Positions 28,886-39,444 of a stretch of 64,000 nt of DNA are shown here, piece by piece. Under the pieces are notes generated by a model, which worked only from the letters and a program-made list of their open reading frames with translations, did not search any database and was not told the DNA's origin. The stretch spans positions 1 to 64,000 of the forward strand of contig OZ237742.1 in the NCBI GenBank assembly GCA_965178125.1, read 5' to 3'. Position 1 is the stretch's first letter. Each line of letters starts with the position of its first letter. The position numbers and the translations under genes were made by a program. Source of the stretch: Bilabrum cf. latius. Taxonomy: Eukaryota.

Positions 28886-29924
28886 TCAGAGCCATGAAAT
28901 CCATGTGTTCCAGGATATGTGATCTCGGATTGCCGAAGTAGCCCGGCGTGGCATTTTTATAGAATGCATATTCAAACGCACTCATGCCGCATCTGGTTGC
29001 TGAGCTATCGGGACTTGCGCAAATGTTTGGGCTAGCCCGAATCTTTGATCCATGTTTTCTCAGCCCGGAAATATGTCCAATGCCTTACACCTTCCACATG
29101 ATGTCTACGCACCTCTGTTCCCTGGAATTACTCGGAGTTTCATAATTTTCAACCAAGTCTCACTCTTACCGGTCTGTGACATGCACCCTATTCCTAGCCT
29201 TGCCCCTTTGTGGGGGAGTTGCAAATTCGATTTGCTGATTCATGAGTTTGTATTATTGCACTGTATCATTTACGGTACTTGGTTTTCTGACATGATTAAA
29301 AAATCCACCCAATTTTCGGGGCCAACCTCCTCTCGCCGGTATATGACATACACCCTATTCCTAGCCTTGCCCCTTTGTGGGGGAGTTGCAAATTTGATTT
29401 GCTGATTCATGAGTTTGCATTATTGCACTGTATCATTTACGGTACTTGGTTTTCTGACATGATTAAAAAATCCACCCAATTTTCGGGGCCAACCTCCTCT
29501 CGCCGGTATATGACATACACCCTATTCCTAGCCTTGCCCCTTTGTGGGGGAGTTGCAAATTCGATTTGCTGATTCATGAGTTTGCATTATTGCACTGTAT
29601 CATTTACGGTACTTGGTTTTCTGACATTAATGAAGATCGCCAGTCACCCAGTCACTGTGGGCGTGGCGCCGACCAGATGAGCACTTACTTGTATTGCTCG
29701 ATTGCTCGAGAGCTGTGTGCCAGCCATTCTCCAAACTTCGCACACATGACACATGATGATGACTCAAAGTGCGAATGAACGGCTGAAATCAAGAAATCTC
29801 ATTTACAGCTAATGAACGCCCCTAAGGAAAACCTCTTACCTAACCCGAACCCATGTACGTATGCAAACCCAACCATGTAGGTGTGCAAACCCCATACTTG
29901 CAATGCTTGATGTAATAGAATCAC

Positions 29925-31730
29925 GGGGAACATTTGCCCCCAGTTGTGGTCCCAGGCCGTCCCGATGCAGTTTGAACGGTCTTCATATCTCATCTGGTTG
30001 CCGAGATCGCCGCGCGCATTTTTTCTGCATGACAATCTTCGTCCCACCATACTGTCGCCGCGCGGTATAAACGGAACCTGGGGAACATTTGCCCCCTGTT
30101 GTGGTCCCAGGCCGTCCCGATGCAGTTTGAACGGTCTTCATATCTCCTGTGGTTGCCGAGATCGCCGCGCGCATTTTTTCTGCCTGAAAATCTTCGTCCC
30201 CCCATACTGTCGCCGCGCGGTCAAAACGGAATCTGGGGAACATTTTCCCCACATTGTACCCCCAGGCCGTCCCGATGCAGTATGAACGGTCTTCATATCT
30301 CATCTGGTTGCCGAGATCGTCGCGCGCATTTTTTCTGCATGACAATCTTCGTCCAGCCATATTGTCGCCGCGCGGTATAAACGGAATCTGGGGAACATTT
30401 GCCCCCAGTTGTGGTCCCAGGCCGTCCCGATGCAGTTTGAACGGTCTTCATATCTCATCTGGTTGCCGAGATCGCCGCGCGCATTTTTTCTGCATGACAA
30501 TCTTCGTCCAGCCATATTGTCGCCGCGCGGTATAAACGGAATCTGGGGAACATTTGCCCCCAGTTGTGGTCCCAGGCCGTCCCGATGCAGTTTGAACGGT
30601 CTTCATATCTCCTGTGGTTGCCGAGATCGCCGCGCGCATTTTTTCTGCCTGAAAATCTTCGTCCCCCCATACTGTCGCCGCGCGGTCAAAACGGAATCTG
30701 GGGAACATTTTCCCCACATTGTACCCCCAGGCCGTCCCGATGCAGTATGAACGGTCTTCATATCTCATCTGGTTGCCGAGATCGTCGCGCGCATTTTTTC
30801 TGCATGACAATCTTCGTCCAGCCATATTGTCGCCGCGCGGTCAAAACGGAACCTGGGGAACATTTGCCCCACATTGTACCCCCAGGCCGTCCCGATGCAG
30901 TTTGAACGGTCTTCATATCTCATCTGGTTGCCGAGATCGTCGCGCGCATTTTTTCTGCATGACAATCTTCGTCCAGCCATATTGTCGCCGCGCGGTCAAA
31001 ACGGAACCTGGGGAACATTTGCCCCCTGTTGTGGTCCCAGGCCGTCCCGATGCAGTTTGAACGGTCTTCATATCTCATCTGGTTGCCGAGATCGTCGCGC
31101 GCATTTTTTCTGCATGACAATCTTCGTCCAGCCATATTGTCGCCGCGCGGTCAAAACGGAACCTGGGGAACATTTGCCCCACATTGTACCCCCAGGCCGT
31201 CCCGATGCAGTTTGAACGGTCTTCATATCTCATCTGGTTGCCGAGATCGTCGCGCGCATTTTTTCTGCATGACAATCTTCGTCCAGCCATATTGTCGCCG
31301 CGCGGTCAAAACGGAACCTGGGGAACATTTGCCCCCTGTTGTGGTCCCAGGCCGTCCCGATGCAGTTTGAACGGTCTTCATATCTCATCTGGTTGCCGAG
31401 ATCGTCGCGCGCATTTTTTCTGCATGACAATCTTCGTCCAGCCATATTGTCGCCGCGCGGTCAAAACGGAACCTGGGGAACATTTTCCCCACATTGTACC
31501 CCCAGGCCGTCCCGATGCAGTTTGAACGGTCTTCATATCTCATCTGGTTGCCGAGATCGTCGCGCGCATTTTTTCTGCATGACAATCTTCGTCCAGCCAT
31601 ATTGTCGCCGCGCGGTATAAACGGAACCTGGGGAACATTTGCCCAACATTGTACCCCCAGGCCGTCCCGATGCAGTTTGAACGGTCCTCATATCTCATCT
31701 GGTTGCCGAGATCGTCGCGCGCATTTTTTC
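29925..31730. repeat. 155-bp tandem array (super-unit 5), abutting the telomere linker
   Basis: About 11.7 copies ending in CGCGCGCATTTTTTC. Confidence 0.95.
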
Positions 31731-31790
31731 GACAAAAAGTGAAGATGAAAATTTTTTTTCCCCGACCCTGTCCCTGACTTTATATTAGAT

Positions 31791-32065
31791 ACCCTAACCC
31801 TAACCCTAACCCTAACCCTAACCCTAACCCTAACCCTAACCCTAACCCTAACCCTAACCCTAACCCTAACCCTAACCCTAACCCTAACCCTAACCCTAAC
31901 CCTAACCCTAACCCTAACCCTAACCCTAACCCTAACCCTAACCCTAACCCTAACCCTAACCCTAACCCTAACCCTAACCCTAACCCTAACCCTAACCCTA
32001 ACCCTAACCCTAACCCTAACCCTAACCCTAACCCTAACCCTAACCCTAACCCTAACCCTAACCCT
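31791..32065 (+). repeat. Telomeric repeat tract (CCCTAA)~46, internal to the window
   Basis: 275 bp of uninterrupted CCCTAA (TTAGGG on minus); the orientation is that of a chromosome left end. Confidence 0.98.
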
Positions 32066-32138
32066 CAGAGTGCAGGATGGAACGCATACAATGGCATCGT
32101 CGTTGGCTCCGCAAACGAATGAGTGGCGCGCGATGGTG

Positions 32139-32842
32139 CCATGGTGTCTGTGCTGGGGCAAGCAGGTTGGATGTGCGGGCGCTGGATGGGGCCATGGTGC
32201 CTGTGCTGGGGCAAGCAGGTTGGATGTGCGGGCGCTGGATGGGGCCATGGTGTCTGTGCTGGGGCAAGCAGGTTGGATGTGCGGGCGCTGGATGGGGCCA
32301 TGGTGCTTGTGCTGGGGCAAGCAGGTTGGATGTGCGGGCGCTGGATGGGGCCATGGTGTCTGTGCTGGGGCAAGCAGGTTGGATGTGCGGGCGCTGGATG
32401 GGGCCATGGTGCTTGTGCTGGGGCAAGCAGGTTGGATGTGCGGGCGCTGGATGGGGCCATGGTGTCTGTGCTGGGGCAAGCAGGTTGGATGTGCGGGCGC
32501 TGGATGGGGCCATGGTGCTTGTGCTGGGGCAAGCAGGTTGGATGTGCGGGCGCTGGATGGGGCCATGGTGCCTGTGCTGGGGCAAGCAGGTTGGATGTGC
32601 GGGCGCTGGATGGGGCCATGGTGTCTGTGCTGGGGCAAGCAGGTTGGATGTGCGGGCGCTGGATGGGGCCATGGTGCTTGTGCTGGGGCAAGCAGGTTGG
32701 ATGTGCGGGCGCTGGATGGGGCCATGGTGCCTGTGCTGGGGCAAGCAGGTTGGATGTGCGGGCGCTGGATGGGGCCATGGTGCCTGTGCTGGGGCAAGCA
32801 GGTTGGATGTGCGGGCGCTGGATGGGGCCATGGTGTCTGTGC
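32139..32842. repeat. 53-bp G-rich subtelomeric minisatellite (~13 copies)
   Basis: CCATGGTG(TC/CC/CT)TGTGCTGGGGCAAGCAGGTTGGATGTGCGGGCGCTGGATGGGG repeated head to tail. Confidence 0.97.
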
Positions 32843-33623
32843 GTTTTGGTTCAGGCATGCAATGAATGCAAAAATCGTATTGTCGGAGTCTTGCTAAATG
32901 GACCCGACATTCACTTTCCTGCTCTTTTCCAAGAAGCAAAACTGCACTGGGGCTGCTTCTGCCCCTCTTCGATGTTGGCGTATCACTAGCAAGCAAATTC
33001 CCTTTCTTCCCTGAGCCCCTCTAGGGCGATGCGATGGATTTTGGTGACAACGTCTTTCTTGCAGGACACTTTCGAGAAGCTGAACCGCTGAATCCACCCA
33101 TCGGCTGTGGTAACGATGAGGCTGCAAACTGCTACCCATCATCGCCCTCATCTCATTGCTTGGTTGCGTGCGCATGGGCCCCTAGATGGGACGGCGGTCC
33201 GCCCCTCGGATGGACTTGCACCCATCGTCATCCTGCATGCTGGCACTCTAGCCCTCTTGCCCCAGGCCTAGGGAGCACCTTACGCTATGCCCCCCGCACG
33301 AGCCTGGGCCGCTTGCTCACCCGATCGATATTGCTTGCCCGGGACGGAGCCGGGGTGGACCACGTCCACAGCAACACCCTTATTGACCTGCGTTCAACTG
33401 GACATTGTCCCCCCAGCTCGAAATCGCTCCTAGACCGCTTGATTGACTGCCTAGCCATCAGCACCGCCAGCTGTCTCTTTGGCACACACTATAAGGAAAC
33501 CGAATTCAAAACCAGAATTTATTGTTGCGTTCCGTTTCATGCTTTGGGTCCAGAGCTCGACAGATCTTACATTTGTCATCCACTTTTCCGTTCACACGGC
33601 CGTTTAGCACCGAAAGCATTCTC

Positions 33624-34946
33624 ATGATGCGTTCAGTTGCCGTCATTGTTTGTTTACTTTCGTCTTTTGTGGCAGGTTTCGCCACCGCAGCTGTGAAGAG
33701 GGCATCAATTGCTTCCGTTCTCGCCGCGCCAACTCCAACGGAGATCAAGCTTGGGGTGCCTGTGACGGTCTCGCTTAGTGCTGGCGCTTCTACTGGGTAC
33801 TATGTCGACGTCTATTCTCCGGTTTACGATGAGATTATGACGATCAACGGCATGGGGTTCGTCCAGGTCGAAATGTCTGCTGCCCCATCAACAGCGTATG
33901 GCAAAGTCAAGCTAGAGCGCGGCACTGGCTCCTTGTTTAGTGATACGCGACCTGCTGGAAACTACTACGCAGGCACTGTAGATGTCTCGAGCGAGACATC
34001 TCCCGGAGACTGCAGCGGGAGGTGGTACGTGACGCTTACAATGTGTGATGGCTGCTCGGGGTAGCCTTCGTCTGCCAGCTTTACCATCACGGTGTATCTG
34101 CGAGACTTCGCAGCCGAGAGGACACTTTCTTTGAGTTCTAAGCCTAACCTGCTGTCGTTGATGGGCAGCCAGCAGCGCATGTGGATGGTGGATCCGATCC
34201 GCGACCCAATCGTGCAGCAGCTAGTCGCTAGACAGTCGTGGGGCAACCTCACGCGCCCCATCCGGGTGGACGTGCGATCAAGCAACGATAGCGCAGTAGC
34301 ATACATCCAGATGAAGCTTGGATCAGATTTGCTGAGCAGTGGGCTGCAGTGCCCGGCCGGCAACACCTACGACACCGATTGCTCCCTACGATTTGGAGCC
34401 CAAATGCAGGCGTCCGCGTACTTTCCCGAATAGTTGGCGCTGCAGCAACTGTTTGCGACCATCCAAGGGTGCGGCGATTGCGAGCAAACTAGCGAAGGCA
34501 CCATTTACAATGGAACCGTTTCAGCAGCGCTTCAGAGGCAGACCAGCCCCGAGTTCATTGAGGTAGGGCAGCCGGTTGGCGTGCACTCTACATCAGCGGG
34601 GATCTACAGCCATTTCTTCCTCAACCTGACCGATAGCTCGGTTGCGGCCACCATTTTGGTGCGCAACATGACCGTGGGTGCTTACTACAAGATTCTGGCC
34701 CGTAAGGGCGCGCTGGCATCCTTAAGCAAGAACGATGCGAGTGCCCCCACCGGAAGTGACTACTCGTCCACGCCGTCGCTGACGATCCAAAACCCCGAGT
34801 CATCGCCGCACGGGTTGTGGTATATTTCCGTCATGCAGTGCGACGGCTGCGGTGAGGGCTCAACCCAGTCCACATCGACTTTCTCGCTTACCACTGTCAA
34901 GTCTGCTGCCGTTGAAGGACGCGACAGTCCTGAAGCTGGAGACTGA
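33624..34946 (+). CDS. Putative secreted protein (440 aa) with three beta-rich repeats, PPC (pre-peptidase C-terminal)-like, each with CxxC
   Basis: Signal-peptide-like MMRSVAVIVCLLSSFVAGFATA. Three same-frame track ORFs are joined by TAG at 34062 and 34431; TGA stop. Internal similarity: GRWYVTLTMCDGC / LFATIQGCGDC / GLWYISVMQCDGC. Confidence 0.75.
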
Positions 34947-35742
34947 CAAACCACATCAGTAAGCAGCTGATTGGTACGTGAGATTATGTCTTCATCCATT
35001 GATTCTGAGACGCAGAGACGCTCTCAACTCGATGCAGGAGGGCATCGGAGTTGCGGGCGAGAGAGTGAGGGGCTAGGCCTAACTGGAGTGACATCGGCAC
35101 TCCAGCGATGAACGATTTTTTTCTAGTTACATAAATACTGACTCAATCGGGGATTGTCGAGCATCAATCAAGCAGCATCTGCACTAGCTCGTTGGCTGAG
35201 CCCTTGGCATGATGATGCTTCGCAGACCCTGGGGAGGTGACAGGAGTCGCTGCTTCCTTACGCGGTCAGGCTGGTCTTGCAGCCGCGCTGGTGGACCGAC
35301 CTTTTAGTCCGGTCCTGCCCTGCCCTGCCCTGTCCGGTCCTGTCCTGCCCTGCCCTGCCCTGGTGAGGACCAATGAATCCTAACCTCCTTTTCGGACAGA
35401 CTACTATGCTTGTCTGACTGCTTGAGCCACCACACAGCCATCCGCTCTTTTCCACGCGCACCGTCACCCCGCACTGCATTGGGGCAATGCCACTGGCTGC
35501 CTCCGATTCAAGCTGTTTGTACATGACTGCGTGTAGGGGCCAGTGTTTGCGGCATCTGCAACCAGGGCTCCTTGCGCGTATAAATTCTACTCCCCGCGGT
35601 GAAATGCACACCCCAGTTCCTTGCTATTGGGTATAGCAGTATCTTCCAGTTCAAGCTGCAGCATTCTGCGAAAGTGGATCATGTCAGCAGTCGCTTGCCG
35701 CATGCCGCGAGCAGTTAGTCGAAAATCCTACAGCGGGCCAGA

Positions 35743-36375
35743 TTACGTTACACCTGCAGAATGTTTGCTGTGTGCTCCTTCCAATCTACCACCTGCAGTC
35801 GATCGTTGCAGCAAGGAAGCAAGCGGGCTCCCCTTGGCAGCAAGAGTTGAAAGCTCTCGCGCTTTGACAGCCGCATGAGCATCATGCTCGATCTGTTCAG
35901 TATGCTCAGTTTTACGAATCGAGTGAACATCAGTCCCATCTGCTTGGCCACCACGTGAACATGCTGCAGACGATGGAGTAGCCGCAAAGCCGTGTTTTGC
36001 TTGGTCCGTCGACTTGCCTTCCCCCGCCCCGCTTCTACGCGCCGAAATTGACTTGAGCATACTTTCTAGTTCGCTGCGCGGGTCGGGCGTGTATTCCAAA
36101 GCGCTCTGCGGTGGGCTTGCCGAAGACCCGTCCTCCTCGTCTGGATTGCGCAAACCTGAACTCTACTCCGCGCTGGACTTGGACCTTACAAGCCCCTCGT
36201 CTCGAGCATGAAACCTCCATCTAGTTTTGGGCTCGTCTGAGGAGGACGAATCGTCTCGGCTTCCGGCCCCTCGCCGCTTTTTCTTGCGCTTGGCGTCTCG
36301 ATGCCTTCTCGTGCGAGCGGCAGCTTGCGGGCATTGTGGGCCGCCATATCTGCCTGAATCGGGGACATCATCCAT
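35743..36375 (-). CDS. Hypothetical low-complexity protein (~210 aa) with basic NLS-like KRKKKRR; boundaries uncertain
   Basis: Track ORFs 36163-36375 and 35743-36153 are in frame and joined by TAG 36163; ends at TAA. Further exons are possible. Confidence 0.4.
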
Positions 36376-36724
36376 GCCAAAAGAAATGCTTGTTTTGGAC
36401 CGAGGTAGACTGGTGAGGAATGGCCAGGGGCAGAGTTAGGAGTCTGTAGTGTGGGACGGCGTGCCCTCGTCGTCATTGGTCGCAATAGTATGAAAGCATT
36501 GATAAGATTCGCATCAGCGCTAGTTCAGCATTGAAGAGGCCTGTTTCTTGCACAGTTCAGCTCAGAACCATTAAGCGTCGTTGCGTAGTAGCATGAGTGC
36601 TCCCCTTGATGTTCCCGCGTCGCAGCAGATCGTGTGAGGTTACAAGCCAACCATTCAGTTTCCTGCGTACGGGCATACCATGCAAGCATCATGTGGTTCA
36701 GTGCCGTTCGCATTATCCATTTCA

Positions 36725-38285
36725 ATGGTTGTGTATATTAGCCGCAGTGAGGTTAGTGGCTAGGAGAAGGATTCAGGGAAGGCCGCATCTGTCCGTCCGT
36801 CAATACGCACCCCGGGCGTTCCAGAGCACATCCTAAATGACCGAGCTCTACAGAAAGCACTGGAAGCAGTGAGCGCACTTGGTCGTATGTTTGAGGTCCC
36901 GTGCGCTGTTCAACCCAAAACGGCCCTCTATCCCACGAGTTTCCATTCTGTTGCAGCTGCCGAAGAATTACAACTTCGAGGTACCAAAGACGGTCTGGAA
37001 GTTGAGGGAAGCGGGGGCCAGATGTGTTGCTTTGTAGCTACCTGAAGGTCTACAGATATTTGCAACTACGATAGCTGACATCCTGGAACGATTCGCAGCT
37101 GTTGACGTGGTAATCCTTGGGGATGTCACCTACGGCGCTTGCTGTATTGATGACCTCGGCGCGGAAGCCGTAGGCGCTGATTTTTTGGTGCATTATGGGC
37201 ATAGCTGTCTTGTTCCCTTGGAAGTTACAAAGCGGCAGCTCCGGGCCCTGTACGTGTTCGTGGAGATCCTGTTTGACGGGTCCCACCTGGTGGAGACGAT
37301 TCGAAGCAACTTCCCGAGAGGGTCTAAGCTCGCGGTCCTGGGCACCATCCAGTTCGGGGCAGGGGTTCACGCAGCAGCAGAAGCCTTGCGCGAGTGGTGC
37401 CCTGACGCGTTTATCCCACAGGCCCACCCGCTGTCTCGAGGGGAGGTTCTGGGGTGCACCAGCCCGCGACTGCCCAGCGACACGCACTCGCTCGTCTTCG
37501 TGGCCGACGGCCGGTTCCACCTGGAGTCCGCGATGATTCACAACCCAAATGTGCCAGCTTACAGGTACGACCCGTATCAGAAGCGACTCACCCGGGAATC
37601 ATACGACACGGGCCGTATGATTGCCACTCGCACCAAGGCCGTGCAGACCGCTGGCGCACCCGACGCCAAGACATACGGCCTAGTGCTGGGAACGCTGGGA
37701 AGACAAGGCAATCCAGCGGTGCTGCAGCGACTGCAGGCCCTCTTGGGGCGGCACGGGCGTCGTCACTTCGTGCTTCTGCTCAGTGAGCTGTTCCCTGCCC
37801 GGCTGTCGCTCATGGCCGGCTCGGTGGACGCATGGGTCCAGGTTGCTTGCCCCAGGCTCTCGATTGACTGGGGCCATGCTTTCGATAGGCCGCTGCTCAC
37901 CCCCTTCGAGGCGTATGCAGCCATGGGGGAGACAGTTCTGCCCGCTGCACTGCCGACCGCTGCTCCACGGGAACTCTCTCTCTTGCCCGAAGGCAAGGAG
38001 GAGGGCGGTGGCGAGGGCGAGGAGCCCGCTGGGGCTGTGGCTGGGGCAGGTAGAGCAACGGATGCCGCAGCAGCTGGTTTAGCCGGCACTGAGTAGAGAT
38101 AGGTGTATCCAATGGACTACTACGCGGAGGGCAGCGGGCCATGGAGCAACTACTACGAGGACCCCGCCGTGAGGGAAGCGAGGGAGCGCGCTGCCAGGGA
38201 GCGCAAGGCGAGGAGGATGAGGCTGAGGGCAGAAAGAAAAGCAAAGAAAGAGAAAGCATTGGCTGGGAACCCATCGCCATCGTGA
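36725..38285 (+). CDS. DPH1: Diphthamide biosynthesis protein 1 (~490 aa), 1 intron (36869-36956)
   Basis: Motifs VPEHILND, LPKNYNFEVPKTVW, AL[TAG=Q]LPEGL, ILGDVTYGACCIDD, LVHYGHSCLVP, DGRFHLES, LGTLGRQG, VQVACPRLSIDWG, YPMDYY. In-frame TAG at 37035, 38094 and 38100; TGA stop. Confidence 0.95.
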
Positions 38286-38403
38286 CTAGCTAGGAAAATG
38301 ACTTGTTGATGAATGGTGCCAGGTCCGAACGTTCGTGTGGGTGTCGCCGAACCTAACGGCCCTTTTTTCGCAACAGATTCATTTGCCGTTATCCCACGCT
38401 TCC

Positions 38404-39276
38404 ATGTCGTCACAGCAGTCACTTGTGCAGTATGGCAAGGCTGTATTAATTACTACTAAGAAAGGCAGGGAGGGTATGAAGCCGCAGTCAAGGACAGAGG
38501 CTGTTCTGAACAGCATCCTCCCCCCAAGGTTCGTTGCTTGATTGTGTAGCACTGTTGCTGCTTTCACGTTTTTGCAATGGACACCCCAACTATCTAACAC
38601 AATGTATGTTCTCGCAGGGAGCACACAAAAGAAGGCCAGCTTTGGCTGCAGTACGTCTCAAGCGTACCGGCAACAAGAGTTGATGTGATTAACTTGCAGG
38701 AGGCCCTGGACCACTAGTTGCAACAACGCCAAGCGCGGGAAACCGGTATTTGTCCCGTTCGAGAAGAGCTGTACGCTCAGTGTTTCGGTGAGGAGGTGAT
38801 TCGGTGGTACCATACACCGCGGTCGCACCTAGAGAGGTATTTCAGGTTCTAAGCCACCACATGCGTTTCTTTTGCATGCGGCCGCAGATGAATTGATTCG
38901 ACAAGTTACAGTAGATTGCTTGGAGCGCGGCATGCTCTTGGTTCGAGTGAGGGACGAGATAAAAATGACTGTTGCAGCGTACCAGCGACTGTATGAGAGC
39001 AGCATCGCGTACGGCATGCGAAAGGCCCTGATGGCAGAACAAAGGAAGGGGGAAATGCAAGACAGAATTTCGGAGTTGGAGGGTAACAGACGTGACCTAG
39101 AGGCCCAGGTGGCGGAGCTGGAGCGCAAGGCCCGGCAGGCCGAAGAGGAGGATGCAGAGTAGGTGCGCGAGGAGCGGGAGGCCCATGAAGAGGAGGTAGC
39201 CAGGCTTCGCGAGACGCATGACACCCTGAAGACCACTTTGGAAGAGCTTCTTGCTCCACCGGCCAAGAAGGGTTAA
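38404..39276 (+). CDS. DNALI1: Axonemal inner-arm dynein light intermediate chain p28 (227 aa), introns 38529-38617 and 38788-38887
   Basis: LNSILPPRE, VSSVPATRVDV, LQQRQARETGICPVREELYAQCFDELIRQVT, ERGMLLVRVRDE, YESSIAYGMRKAL. TAG at 38715 and 39160 read through; ends LLAPPAKKG-TAA. Confidence 0.95.
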
Positions 39277-39444
39277 TGCGGATCCAGGACTGCTTGGTCT
39301 ATTCCATGCGGCAGGCGGGTTCGTGCTTGACTGTAGCAACCGAAAGTAACTAGTGCCACTCTCGGTGCTTAGCCAGCGCTAATCCATACACTGAGTAGAT
39401 TCTCTTGGACTGCAATGCAAAGCAGACTAGCATGAAAAGACGCC

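Larger units (their letters stand above)
12134..31730. repeat. Higher-order repeat: five super-units of [410-bp]n - linker B - [167-bp]n - linker D - [155-bp]n
   Basis: The same order recurs five times. Copy numbers: 410-mer 1/4/5/4/6 (terminal copies partial); 167-mer ~2.7/2.7/3.7/2.7/2.7; 155-mer ~2.7/11.7/5.7/11.7/11.7. Periods read from recurring sequence and repeated ORF offsets. Confidence 0.97.

Noticed and set aside
12134-31730. CRISPR array, 5S rRNA or SL-RNA tandem genes, or hammerhead ribozymes
   Set aside because: No unique spacers or cas genes; I could not find 5S or SL features or a CTGANGA...GAAA core by eye. An Infernal scan would be the definitive test.
12274-31742. Recurrent 65-125 aa ORFs in the 410/167/155-bp arrays
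   Set aside because: Monomer lengths are not multiples of 3, frames shift every unit, and no protein motifs are present.
31688-32996. ORFs with poly-(RV) and PHPAPA repeats
   Set aside because: Translations of the telomere tract and the 53-bp minisatellite.
33034-33627. 197-aa ORF next to the subtelomere
   Set aside because: No motif or coding-like composition, and it overlaps the start of the secreted-protein gene.
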